NCBI GenBank assembly: GCA_964384425.1
Contig: CAYLKE010000004.1
Span: 6,511 to 70,510 of the forward strand
Origin: an uncultured Methanosarcinales archaeon
Lineage (GTDB): Archaea > Nanobdellota > Nanobdellia > Woesearchaeales > JAGLXL01
Direction: 5' to 3'
DNA length: 64,000 bases
The position numbers and the translations under genes were made by a program. Position 1 is the stretch's first letter. Each line of letters begins with the position of its first letter. Positions 1 to 11,900 of the stretch are shown piece by piece. The notes under the pieces are model-generated. The model did no database searches and was not told the DNA's origin. It was given only the letters and a program-made list of their open reading frames with translations.

Positions 1-806
1 CTCCTAACGATGGAATAACAGACGGAGCAGCATTAAATTCATCTGCAATATATATTGAAAATAGTCTTCCTGAAAATGTTTCATTAATAGAAATTGCAAA
101 TGGAACAACAACAGGAGATAACACTCCATTCTTTAATTGGACAGAATCAACAGAGGATGTCGACGGAGACACAATAACATATACATTACAAATAGATAAT
201 AACTCAGATTTTACTTCTACTGAATTTGAAAAAACAGGAATAGAAGATACAAATTACACATTACTTTCTGGAGAATTCCTTACAGAAGATTACTATTATT
301 GGAGAGTTTTAGCAGATGACTCTTATGATACAAATCCATCAACAATATGGGAATTTGATTTAAATGCAACAGGTGCAATTGCAATATCATTATCTGATCC
401 ATTAGGAACAGGAATATCTTGGAATATATCATCCCTTCCTTCATACAACACTAGTGCAAATGGAAATAATGGGACAAGTGTAACAGAATACAACATATTG
501 GTTTTAGCAACAGGAATAACTGCAGATTTATATATGAAAGCAAATGCAGATTTAAGTAATTCATTTGGAGATAAAATAGGTGTTGGAAATATAACTTACG
601 ATTATAATTTATCAAATTCATCTGTACCTAGAAATGTTTTTGGTTCAATGACAACAGACTTTACTGGCAACCCAATAGGAGATAATGTTACAAATGGAAC
701 ATATTCTTATCTTAAATATTATTTAGATGTAGGACCTAGTCAATCACCTGGAACATATAATAATACTGTGCAATTTAAAGCAGTACCTGAGGGATACACT
801 CCTTAG
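1..806 (+). CDS. 3' portion of a surface-protein gene that begins upstream of the window; FN3-like module (…YYWRVLADD…) followed by the sequon-rich ~170-aa domain shared with the next two genes
   Basis: Frame 3 is open from nt 3 to the stop at 804-806; the track ORF 498..806 starts at an internal TTG. The last ~100 aa (…YYLDVGPSQSPGTYNNTVQFKAVPEGYTP) align with residues ~100-195 of ORF 852..4457 and with ORF 4670..5275. Confidence 0.6.
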   Translation, partial: PNDGITDGAALNSSAIYIENSLPENVSLIEIANGTTTGDNTPFFNWTESTEDVDGDTITYTLQIDNNSDFTSTEFEKTGIEDTNYTLLSGEFLTEDYYYWRVLADDSYDTNPSTIWEFDLNATGAIAISLSDPLGTGISWNISSLPSYNTSANGNNGTSVTEYNILVLATGITADLYMKANADLSNSFGDKIGVGNITYDYNLSNSSVPRNVFGSMTTDFTGNPIGDNVTNGTYSYLKYYLDVGPSQSPGTYNNTVQFKAVPEGYTP

Positions 807-851
807 TGAATAAAAAATATTATAAATGTTTTTTAATTACTTTTTTTAAAA

Positions 852-3800
852 ATGGAAAAAAAAAGATGGTTTATTTTTTTAGCAATTGTATGTTTTTCAC
901 TAATTTTAACTATAGGATTATATTATAGTTCACTTACTGGTAAGACAGTAGATCTCGATACAAATTCAACAGTAACAATTGCAAACTATTATGCAATTAG
1001 TTTATCAGATGATCTTTCAAATGGAATTGATTTTGGTTCAGTAACTCAACTACCTACTATAAAACAAAACGCAACTAAGAATAATTTATCTAATGGTCCT
1101 CCTGGATATTTTATCACTGTTAGTTCTGATTCAAATGTAAATGTGAGTTTATGTCTCAATGGAACACAGATGGAAAATGTCAATGGTGTTAAATTAACAT
1201 ATCCTAGTTATGTATGGAATGATTCTTTGACAGGATCTGCATCTTCTCCAAATTTTCCAGGAATTCAATTATCAAACAATCTTACAGATACAAGCACCCC
1301 TACAATAGCTCCAGGAGTTAATAATTATTTTAGATTTTGGTTGGATGTAAATTCATCAACTCCTCCGGGAACATACAATAATAGTATTTTATTCAAAGCA
1401 GTTAAGACTGGAGATACCTGTGGTTCAACTGGAACACTTGGAACTGGTGGTGCAGGTTCTTTAGGATTGGGAACTGGTTTTGGTAGTTTTTATTATTCTG
1501 TTATTGATTCAAATGGGGATCTTAATATTGGTAGTACTTCTGATTATAATTCTTATTCAATTAATACTATCACTGGTGCTTACACTGGAGAAACAAGTTT
1601 CTCATCATATGAAAGAACAACACCTAATACATATTATCAATCATTTGCTGCAGTTGATGGAGGTACACTTAAATTTTGTCAAAATCCTACAGGAACCTTT
1701 AATTGCGTTGATGTAACTGCAGGAAATATATGGGGAGTAAGTACATATTCAGATCCAAATGGTGCTTTTTCAGGCTATGTTATTGCTGCTTACGTCGATA
1801 ATGACCTTTATGTATACTTTAGCTCTGATGGTGTATCTTGGTCACCTTTGCAATTAGCAACAGGTTTATCTTTAACTCAAGGAGATGCTAATACTGATAT
1901 CGCATTAGACTCATTAACAAATACTTATATATTCTATAGAGATACAAATGATCTCTATTCTTATCAAATGGGGGGTTCTGCTGCACCTATTGCAACAGGA
2001 GTTTATCCTTCAAGAATATCAGCAACTTTTGATTCAAGTGATTATCCAAAAATAGTCTATTATAATGAAAATACAGATGAATTAAAACATACTTATTATG
2101 ATAGTGGTTTTCAAACAGAAACTATTGCTGCTAATGTAAATTATCCTAATATGGTTTATGATTCAGCAAATGATTATACTTATGTCACAGGAATCAATAC
2201 TGTAACTAATACTGTTGTGTTATATAGCAATACTGGATCTGGATGGGAATCTACAGATATAGCAACAGGCATTGACCAGACATATTCAGATGGAGTAAGT
2301 ATGAGTCAAACACCTGATGGGTTATTTAGAATAGCTTATATTAAATTAGGTTATGTTTTTGTAGGAGAATATGATCCAACAACTGAGGAGTTTACAATAA
2401 TTGGTGTAGCTGATACAGGTATGGCAATTACAGAAGATTCTTCAGGAAACGAATATTATGCATTAAATAACGGAGGAACATTGAATTTCGTTGATGATAC
2501 TAATTCAAATACATATCAGGTTGATACAAATGTAAATGGTATACCTTATGGTCTTGTTTTAGGTAATGGAGATCATTTCTTAGCATATACAAAAGGATCA
2601 TCTCCTGTTACTCTTGAAAAAGCAATAATAGATGGTTCTACATTTGCTGTAACAACTACAACAGAAGATTCAGGCAATGTAATTAATGGTTTAGACGATG
2701 ATGTGAGTAGTAATTATGTGGCATTATCTTATATTGGGGATACTGCTGTTATTTTAAGATTATATGATTATACTGATGAATCTTTTAACAAACAATGTAC
2801 TGTGGATACAACAAATATTGGTGGATCTGTATCATCTGTTGCATTAGGTCCTTTAGATAACTATGCTTATCTTTATTATAATGCAGCTAATGGAAATACT
2901 TACAATGCAAAAGTTAAAATCTCTGATTGCACTGTTACTGTAAATCAAGATACTGGTATAAGTACTCTTGCTGATATTGATTTAGAAATATTGGATGATG
3001 GCTATCTTTATGCAATGGTAGAAAAAGGTTCAAATAATGTCGAAGCTATGAAAGCAGAATTAATTAATTTAAATTTAGGATTGGAGAATGTGGTACTTGT
3101 CAATCTAAATCCTGGGGCTGGAGGTGCAATAGCTGGAATAGGTGCTAATGGGGGACAATTACCTGGAGCAAATATTATATTTTTTGGAGCTGGAGCAGCA
3201 CCTGGGGGAAATGCTCAAGTAGTACCTGTATTTATGGCTGCTGGTAATGCTAATGCAGCTATTAATGTACAAGACATTGTTGGTTTTGAAGAAGGTATTA
3301 TTGCATTTGAAGAAAAGGGACCTGTTGCTACTGGTGAAGAAATTATTGATTTTGGTAGTCTTGATGGTGAAGGTAATGCAGTAAAAAAAGACCCTAATAA
3401 TTTTCAAATAAGTTGTGGAGATGATGTTTGTACTGGTGATGAAACAGTTGAGAATTGTCCTGAAGATTGTTCAGTGGCAAATATTGAAGAAATTCCTAAT
3501 CCAGAAGGTCTAGAAAAGTCCATATCTGATGTATCTGTAAATTCTGCAGGAGAGGTACAAATTACTTATCCAACTAGTGGTGGATTAGAGGCAAGATCTA
3601 GAAATGGAGGGAATTTCGGACCACCAACAACAATTGTTGCTACAACCCCATATTATTTAGATGGTGCTACCTATGATAATAATTATTACGTTGCGGTAGT
3701 ATCTGATACTCAAGATGAGATAATACTATACAATGATGTTTTCGGTACAAATACTCCTGAAATAGTTGCAAGTGGTCTTAGTGGAGTAGAGTCAGTATCT

Positions 3801-4457
3801 ATGGAAATTGACTCAGCAACAGGTAATAAATTTGTTGTATACTCAACACAAGATAGTATTGTAATGAAATATCATGATGGGGTATCTTGGAATGAATATA
3901 TTTATTTAGAAGACATTGTTGGTGATACAGTGTTATCATCTGTTGAGACAGGTATAGATGAAACCAATAATCTGTTGTTTGTAATAGCATCAACAAATCT
4001 AGAAGGTATAATAAGGTATAGTTTTAATTTAGATACATTGACTTATGATTCATCAATTCAAAGAAGTGCACAAAATTGTCAAGAAATATCTTATAATGCT
4101 GTTGATAATGCATTTGGAATAATTGTTGGTATTACTGTTACAGGAGACCTTATTTTTATTCAAGGTGTTAGTGAGAGTACTTTAGGTTCAGGTTATACTG
4201 ATGCAATAGTAGCTTATAATGATGTAGAAGGATATAATACAATAATTGCTAGTAAAGAAGATAAATCTATCAGTAGATGGTTTAGTTTCGATGGAACAAT
4301 GACTGAACAAATAATTGGTGCAGGAACTATTTGGGATTTTGTTATGCTCGATCTTAATACTTATGTTGGTGCATTTTATAATCTTTTTACAGGAGAATTT
4401 TACATTGCAGACATACAACACTATCATTATTTTGATGCTGGTGGAGTGATAGGATAA
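852..4457 (+). CDS. Giant secreted / cell-surface protein (1201 aa): N-terminal hydrophobic anchor/signal, sequon-rich shared domain, BNR/Asp-box-like (SxDGxSW) beta-propeller-like region, Gly/Ala-rich linker, CGDDVCxGDE…CPEDC cysteine knot-like motif, beta-rich C-terminal part
   Basis: Long ORF with an N-terminal hydrophobic segment (WFIFLAIVCFSLILTIGLYY). Motifs YFSSDGVSWSP and YSNTGSGWEST resemble Asp-box repeats. Many N-x-S/T sequons. The N-terminal ~165 aa are paralogous to ORF 4670..5275. Confidence 0.75.
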   Translation: MEKKRWFIFLAIVCFSLILTIGLYYSSLTGKTVDLDTNSTVTIANYYAISLSDDLSNGIDFGSVTQLPTIKQNATKNNLSNGPPGYFITVSSDSNVNVSLCLNGTQMENVNGVKLTYPSYVWNDSLTGSASSPNFPGIQLSNNLTDTSTPTIAPGVNNYFRFWLDVNSSTPPGTYNNSILFKAVKTGDTCGSTGTLGTGGAGSLGLGTGFGSFYYSVIDSNGDLNIGSTSDYNSYSINTITGAYTGETSFSSYERTTPNTYYQSFAAVDGGTLKFCQNPTGTFNCVDVTAGNIWGVSTYSDPNGAFSGYVIAAYVDNDLYVYFSSDGVSWSPLQLATGLSLTQGDANTDIALDSLTNTYIFYRDTNDLYSYQMGGSAAPIATGVYPSRISATFDSSDYPKIVYYNENTDELKHTYYDSGFQTETIAANVNYPNMVYDSANDYTYVTGINTVTNTVVLYSNTGSGWESTDIATGIDQTYSDGVSMSQTPDGLFRIAYIKLGYVFVGEYDPTTEEFTIIGVADTGMAITEDSSGNEYYALNNGGTLNFVDDTNSNTYQVDTNVNGIPYGLVLGNGDHFLAYTKGSSPVTLEKAIIDGSTFAVTTTTEDSGNVINGLDDDVSSNYVALSYIGDTAVILRLYDYTDESFNKQCTVDTTNIGGSVSSVALGPLDNYAYLYYNAANGNTYNAKVKISDCTVTVNQDTGISTLADIDLEILDDGYLYAMVEKGSNNVEAMKAELINLNLGLENVVLVNLNPGAGGAIAGIGANGGQLPGANIIFFGAGAAPGGNAQVVPVFMAAGNANAAINVQDIVGFEEGIIAFEEKGPVATGEEIIDFGSLDGEGNAVKKDPNNFQISCGDDVCTGDETVENCPEDCSVANIEEIPNPEGLEKSISDVSVNSAGEVQITYPTSGGLEARSRNGGNFGPPTTIVATTPYYLDGATYDNNYYVAVVSDTQDEIILYNDVFGTNTPEIVASGLSGVESVSMEIDSATGNKFVVYSTQDSIVMKYHDGVSWNEYIYLEDIVGDTVLSSVETGIDETNNLLFVIASTNLEGIIRYSFNLDTLTYDSSIQRSAQNCQEISYNAVDNAFGIIVGITVTGDLIFIQGVSESTLGSGYTDAIVAYNDVEGYNTIIASKEDKSISRWFSFDGTMTEQIIGAGTIWDFVMLDLNTYVGAFYNLFTGEFYIADIQHYHYFDAGGVIG

Positions 4458-4482
4458 AATGTTTTTTATGTTTTTATCTAAT

Positions 4483-4526
4483 TTATTGATTTCCGATTAT
4501 AAAATTATTGATTTCCGACTATAAAA
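4483..4526. repeat. Perfect-phase tandem 22-bp repeat, ttattgatttccga(t/c)tataaaa x2, in the intergenic region upstream of ORF 4670
   Basis: Two adjacent copies (4483-4504 and 4505-4526) differ at one base. They end in TATA-like 'tataaaa' about 140 nt upstream of the start. Confidence 0.6.
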
Positions 4527-4669
4527 ACAATAAACTTTATAAACGATTACATCTTACTCTAAAAAATACATTATTAATGTTATTATTTATGATAATATAA
4601 TAATAAAAAAATAAGATAGTGAGATTATCCATTATCAAATAAAAAAAACAATAAAAAAGGAGGGATCAA

Positions 4670-5275
4670 ATGGAAAAAAAAGATCTATTGATCGTATTTC
4701 TAATAGGTGTCCTAGTAGTAGCAATAGGAGCACTAGTGGCTAATATAATGCCAGCACAAAGCAATTATTTTACAGGTAGACAAACAGAATTGGATACAAA
4801 TTCAACTGTAAATATCCAAAACTATATTGCTGTAAGTTTATCAGATGATTTAGCTAGTGGAATAGATTTTGGTACAGTAAATGCATTGCCTGTAACAAAA
4901 CAAAATGCTACAGAAAATAACCTTACATCAACTGCACCAGGTTATTATATTGAATTAAGTTCTGATTCAAACTATAATGCAACAATTTGTCTTAATGGTA
5001 GTATTATGACAAACCCTAATTCAGATACAATTCCTTTAGGAAATTATTTCTGGAATGATTCATTAACAGGAGATGGTAGTAATCCAGGATTACCTGGTAC
5101 AAACTTAACAAGTGAAATGAAAAATGGAACACCCACAATGGCACCATCAGCTAAGAATTATTATAGGTTCTGGTTGAATATTTCAGGAAACCAAAATCCA
5201 GGGGTATATAACAATACAGTTTATTTTAAAGCAGCAAGATCTGGACAAGATGCATGTGGTAATATAACCAAATAA
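4670..5275 (+). CDS. Small secreted/membrane-anchored paralog (201 aa) of the N-terminal domain of the 1201-aa surface protein
   Basis: AAGGAGGG Shine-Dalgarno 7 nt upstream of the ATG and an N-terminal hydrophobic segment. Roughly half of positions are identical to residues 30-195 of ORF 852..4457 (LDTNSTV.I.NY.A.SLSDDL..GIDFG…NYYRFWL…PG.YNN…FKA). Confidence 0.75.
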   Translation: MEKKDLLIVFLIGVLVVAIGALVANIMPAQSNYFTGRQTELDTNSTVNIQNYIAVSLSDDLASGIDFGTVNALPVTKQNATENNLTSTAPGYYIELSSDSNYNATICLNGSIMTNPNSDTIPLGNYFWNDSLTGDGSNPGLPGTNLTSEMKNGTPTMAPSAKNYYRFWLNISGNQNPGVYNNTVYFKAARSGQDACGNITK

Positions 5276-5299
5276 TTGGTTAAATAAAGAGGTGTTAAG

Positions 5300-5932
5300 A
5301 TGAAAAAAATATTATCAATCTTTATAGCGATTTTTTTAGTGACTATTGCATTCTCTTCTTTTACAGAAGCAAGAAAAGGAGTAGGTCTTAAAATACTAAG
5401 TGTTGGAGAAATAGTTAATGAAGGTGAAGAAGTATGTGTTCAGTATGGATTATATAATCCTTGGGATGAAGATGTTTATGCAAGTTTGAAAGTTTCAAAT
5501 GAACTTGCAGATGTTGTTTCAAATATCGAAGCAGAAAACAAATTAATTCCAGGATATACTTCTTCTGCAGAAGCAATTCCAACAAAATTATGTTTTGAAG
5601 TAGGAGAAATTTATGAAAAAGATTGTTTGATTGGAGACAATTATCTTTGTGAAAAAAGATGTCCTACAAATTTAGAAACATATAATGGAGAAGTAACTCT
5701 TGTACAAGTAAAAGACGATAGTATGGAAGGAATGGGTTCAGCAACAGCATTAGGAATAACTAGTGGATTAAGACTAAGGGTTATGTGTAATGGATATAAA
5801 AGAGACTGGACTCCGGTATATATTATTGTAATAGTAGCAATATTAGTTATATTGGCAATTTTATTATACATAAGATATAGTGTCCCAGAAACTCCAAAAA
5901 ATCGTAAAAAAAGCAGAAAGAAAAAAAGATAA
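5300..5932 (+). CDS. Secreted protein with N-terminal signal peptide, C-terminal transmembrane anchor and basic tail (…KNRKKSRKKKR)
   Basis: GAGG Shine-Dalgarno-like motif upstream. Signal peptide (IAIFLVTIAFSSFTEA). C-terminal hydrophobic stretch IIVIVAILVILAILLYI followed by a Lys/Arg tail. Confidence 0.7.
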   Translation: MKKILSIFIAIFLVTIAFSSFTEARKGVGLKILSVGEIVNEGEEVCVQYGLYNPWDEDVYASLKVSNELADVVSNIEAENKLIPGYTSSAEAIPTKLCFEVGEIYEKDCLIGDNYLCEKRCPTNLETYNGEVTLVQVKDDSMEGMGSATALGITSGLRLRVMCNGYKRDWTPVYIIVIVAILVILAILLYIRYSVPETPKNRKKSRKKKR

Positions 5933-5966
5933 TTCTTTTTTTTATTTTTTTTATTTATAATGTTAG

Positions 5967-8900
5967 ATGAAATCCAAAAGAATTTTTATTTATAGTTTAT
6001 TTATACTAATTATTATTCTCTCCTTATTTTCAATTTTATTCTTACCTAGCAAAATAACTGGTAATTTTGTAATAATAACAACTTCTTCTGCAAGAATAGA
6101 TCCAGGAATAAGAGTCATTTATGACACTTTCGATGGTTCTACAACTGATTTTCTTTATCTTAATGATACTCAATTATCGTCCATAGAAAATATGGTGGTT
6201 GAAAATAGTTCAAATGGAAAAATTATATTTAATGGGAGTATAAATCTTGCATCTGATGCAATTTTAAATATAGTTGATTTAGATAATGGGATAACTATTT
6301 CTTCTGATTCAATATACATAAATACAACATATCTTTCAAGTTTAACAGGATACACAACAATAACTTTTTACAACGAATCATTTACTAAACCTGTTGCATA
6401 TAAAAATGGACAATTATGTCCTAATTCAGAATGTTATTTTGTAAGTTATGATGGAGAAAATGCAACTTTTAATCTTTCATTTGATAGTACACCTTATACA
6501 AACATAACATTGGGTGAGGCCTATCCAAAATCTTGGGATAGCATAGAATATCCAGAAGGAGTTTATGAACCATACAACATTGGACTAGTGGGAACACACT
6601 TACATAGATTTGGAATTAAATTTGTAAATATGAATGCTTCTTCAGGAGATGTTTTGGGATGTTACATAAAACAATCTAATGGAAGTGTGTTTTTCTTAAA
6701 TGAAACTTTATTAACTTCATATAATTCACAAAATTATAGTTTAAATTATACTGTTGCAAATTCAGATAATATTTCTAAATTTACTAGGTGGGAAGGAATC
6801 AATTGTACTTTAACAAACTCCACTTCACTAAAATCTCTTGATAATGATTATTATTTTTCACGTCTAAAAAGATCTATATTTGTGCACGGAAATAATTGGA
6901 CAAAATTTAATACTGTTGATGATGATGCATATCTTGCAAGTAGATGTTTTTTAGGAATACCAAAAAGATATTTTAACAATTCCCACTATTGTGATTATGT
7001 AGGAGACGTTGCATTTGCAGTAAGCATGGCAACTGGTTTTGCAATAGAGGGTTATTGTGATGATGGGATAGATAATGACAATAATGGAAATACAGATTGT
7101 GACGATAGGTATTGTAGGGGTATCCCATATACTTGCATAGATCATAGATATGCAGGAGATCCATTTTATGGAGAATGTCAAAATGGTGTATGCTGGGAGA
7201 CGAAAAACTTTGGTGGAAGAGATATAACTTATTATTACAATAGATATGTCCAGCCTGGTGGAACGTTAAAAATAAGATTTGAAGGTGGAGATTATAATAC
7301 AACAAAACCAATTTCATATGCAATAACTGATTTACTTTCATATGATAGCTATGGTTATTATTCAGAAGGAAATGGACTTGGAACAATAAGCACAACTGAC
7401 TCAAGTGTCGTTGCTGAAGATGGAAATGGTAGAGTAGGAGATGCTGACATGGTTTTATGGGTAAACTTAAGTAGTGCATATACTGATGGAAACGAATATA
7501 ATGTTTCTATTTATTTGGTTCATGAAGGATATGATTTATTAGTTGCAGGAATACCTATAGTTATTGATTCTACTGCACCAAGCGTATGGGACGAATCTGT
7601 TACTGGAAAAAATAGAACTAGTCCTTGTTCAAATTCAATTGATGAAGATATTGATTACAATACAAGCTGTCAAGACTTAGATTGTAATGGTTCAATCGGA
7701 GGAAGTGATTGTGCAAGAGGAAATGCATACTGTGAATTTGGATCAGAGACAACATGTAATGATTGTTTTGATAATGAAGGAGATGGAAATTATGATTGTG
7801 CTGATTTAGATTGTGATTTAAAATCTGGATCTTCAACAAATTCAAGTATAAAATGTCATTATTATGGTGAAGGAAATCAAACACAATATAATTCATCATT
7901 ATATAGTTGGGTATTTGCTTGTGTTGATCTTTTTGATAATGATCAAGATGATGCTGTTGATTGTGAAGACAGAACATTCTGTTGGCAGAGGGGAGGAACA
8001 AGCCTAACTTTACCTTGTCCTGCTTATGAAAATAACACTGCTTTATGGTGTCACGATGGTATAAATAATGACTATGACAATAGGACAGACTGTGCTGATT
8101 ATGATTGTTGGAATGTTTCATATGCAAATGCAACATATTCTGCAAGATGTCCTGATAATGAATCACAAGATAAGTTTGGAAACTTTAAACCTTTACAATG
8201 TTTTGATTCATTGGATAATGATTTAGACAGCCCTATACAAAAATATTCTGGATTGGGGACAAATATTGATTGCGCAGATATAGATTGTAATGGAGTAACA
8301 CATCCCACATTAAATGTTACTTGTATGCCCTTTGAGTATAATCTTTCATTAAACATAACGCCAGAGTATTGTATGGATAATCTTGATCTTGATGGAGATA
8401 AATCTCTGGGTTGGCCAAATGGAGGATTAGATTGTAATGATCCTGACTGCAATAAACAATTTGGAAGTTGTGGACCATGTCCTTCATTTGAATATATGTC
8501 TTATGGATCTTGTGCAGATAATATTGATCAAGATACAGACAGACCAACATCCTACATAGATTGTGAAGATACAGATTGTTTAGGCAAAATGGGTTCAAAA
8601 GATTCATCACAGGTTTGTGCTGCTTCTGAAAATACTATTACTTTATGTTCTGATGAATTTGATAATGATGCAAATGGAAATACTGATTGTGCAGACAGCA
8701 ATTGTAATGGAATAGGAATATGTGAATACTCAACTGAAACAACTTGTAATGATCAACTAGATAATGATGGTGATGGTGATACTGATTGTCTAGATAGTGA
8801 TTGTTATGGGATTGGAAGTTGTGCATCGATGTCATGGACAGCAGGAAGTTGTTTGGTTGTGCCTTACAATACTAGCTCTTTATCAATAGGTTCAACAAGT

Positions 8901-11900
8901 GTAACATTCTATCATACAAGCAGACATCATATTAATAATAAATATTATATGAATTTTGCAAGTACTGAAAGTTATTCATCTGTAACAATAACTGTTGGAG
9001 ATGCAACTGATTCAAATGATTATTTTCCTTACAATGCTTCAACATGCACATTAAGTGGAGACACAAATAAAATTAACTTAGTGACTTCTCAAGATGAAGT
9101 TTTTCAGTTACAAGACAGAGGGAGTTTTACAGGAGGATTTAATGTAACTATTGAATGTGATGGACTAAGTAGTGCACAGACTAACACATACCCTATTATA
9201 ATTTCAAATAGCTTACAATCTAGTGCAACAGAAAGTGCTGATGAATCATACACAGCAGTTGTATATGAAAACACTGCTCCATCTGTTTCATCTGTTGAGG
9301 TAGATTTATGGGATGGGAGTGTTGCAGAAGTGAATTATGGAGATCCTATATCCTTAAGAGCAATACCTTTAAATGATCCATCAAATATTTGTAAATGTAG
9401 TTTTAACATTGGAGGAAATGTTTACAATAGTTCAGATGGAAATTGCATATATGAACATGATGTTTATGATGACACTTCTTATACATTATCTGCAGCTGCA
9501 AGAGATGGAGCATATAATTTAGGTACTTATGGGGGCACAAGAATTGTTCCTGTAAATGTACTTCCTGTACAAGATTTTTTTGCAATAAGCAGAAATTATC
9601 CTTTCTTTAATTCAACTGCTGGAGAAAGTATAGTTTTTACCTCACTATTCAAGTCTGCAACATCAGGAAGTATTAGTTCTTGTAATGCATGGATAGAGGA
9701 TGAAAGTGGAAGTATTGTTTTAAGTAAAAGTGTAACTCCTGTTGGAAGTAATAGTGCAGCATGCAATAATAATTTTAACACATCTTCATTAGCAGACGGA
9801 ATTTACTATGTCCGTATGAATGCAACTGATGAGGATGGTGACACTGTAACTTCAGATAAAAAATTATTTTATGTCTGTTCAAATTACACTTCCAGTGGAA
9901 GTAATTGGAATTGTTCAATCGCAGACTTTGATCAAGATGGTCAACCAGATCAATGTGATTACGCATTACAATACGATGTTGGAGTTGATTTAGCATTTAA
10001 TTTTGAATTCATTAGTAATTATTCAATTAAAATTACATCTATTTACGAAGCTGTAACTGACTTTTTATTATTAGAAAAAACAACAAACGCATCTTTCCTT
10101 GATTTTAAACTTCCAACAGGTGAGTATGATGTAAATATTGATGTTTTCGACGGAAACTTAATAGTACACTTAAATGATTTAAACTTAACTATTGAAAGTA
10201 ATTATACTTTTGCGTTTGATATGTATGATGGTGTAAATGGTATAAGGGCTTATGCTTTTTCACCTGGAGTTAATTTTAGTAGTGCTTATGTTAAATTCGA
10301 TTATTCAGAACTTGATTATGTCAGAGAAGCTAATTTAGTTTTATATAAGTGTGATGGTCATAATTATAACTTTACAACCAGAAGATGTATGAATGATTCT
10401 TGGTATTTACTTAATTCAACAATAAATTCCTCAACACAACATATATTAGCAGATGTTGATAATTTTTCAGGATTTTATATTTATGAAAATCCTCCAACTC
10501 CAAAATGGACAAGATTATTGCATCCAGAAGGAGTTTATGAACCTTATAACGCCGGACTTCCTGGAAAACATCTACACACATTTGCACTTAAATTTGAAAA
10601 CTTAAATACCTCTCTTGGAACTGAATTAGAATGTCTCATAGAACAATCAGATGGAACTTTATTTAATGTAACTGAACCTGTAACTCAGAACACTCTTTAT
10701 TCAAACTTTTCATTAAATTATACTATTAAAAATACAGACAATGTTTCCAAATTAACTCCTTGGGAAATTGTAAATTGTACTTTGTATCGGTCAGATGGAG
10801 TTATTGAGTTTTCAGATGACACTGAATTTAGTAATGCAACATACAATCTTACTCATTTAAACAGAAGTATTTTTGTTCATGGAAATGAATGGACGAGATT
10901 TGACACATCAAATGATGATGCTTACAGGGCAGCAAGATGTTTCTTAGGTTTCCCAAAAAGATATTTTAATAATTCTTATTATTGCGATTATGTGGGGGAC
11001 GTTGCATTTGCAGTTAGTATGAGTTTAGGAATGAATTTAGAAGGAAATTGTCAAGATGGAATAGATAATGATGGAAATGGAGATGTAGATTGCGATGACA
11101 GATATTGTCAAGGATTACCTTACTCTTGTAAGAATCATGTTTATGCAGGAGATCCATTTGAAGGAACATGTAGTAATGGAATATGTACAGAGTCAAGAAC
11201 ATTTGGTGTTCCTGCAAAAACATTAACATATAGTTTTACAAAATATGTAAAACCTAATGGAACATTCAAGGTCAGATTTAATGGTGGGAGTTATAGCACA
11301 TCGTCACCTGTTCTTTATAGTGTAACTGATTTAAATGGTGTTGATTCATATGGCCATTACAATAGAACAGGATATGATTCACTTGAATCTTTTAGTTCAA
11401 CTGCAACAAGTGTTGCTACTGAATCTTCTTCAGGACATAGTGGGAATGTAGATTTTGTTATGTGGATTAATTTAAGTGATTATAGTGAAGGTAATTACAA
11501 TATTTCATATTACTTTGTACATAATGGACAAGATCTTTATGTTCAAGGAATTCCAATTGTTGTGACAGATAATGCTGTTTCAAATTGGGATGAATCCGAA
11601 ACTGGAACATATACAACATTGCCTTGTGCAAATAGTGCAGATGAAGATTTAGATTACATTGAAGGATGTTTAGATTTAGATTGTGATGGAGAAATTGGTG
11701 GGACAAATTGTGTTGGTGGAAATGCATATTGTGAATATGGAACAGAGTTAACATGTTATGATTGTTTTGATAATGATGATAATGGAGCTTATGATTGTGG
11801 AGAAAGTGTATGTGATTTAAAAAGAGGAAGTTATAATGATGCAAGTATTCTTTGTCATTACAATGGAGAAGGACATAGTAGTTATGATAGTTCAATATAT

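Noticed and set aside
1480-1716. Alternate-frame 78-aa ORF inside the 1201-aa gene, and similar small ORFs at 17845..18141, 19729..19965, 25838..26122 and 16694..16951
   Set aside because: All are nested within or antisense to well-supported longer genes (surface protein, thrS, 19690..20205, fen, ZPR1) and have low-complexity hydrophobic composition.
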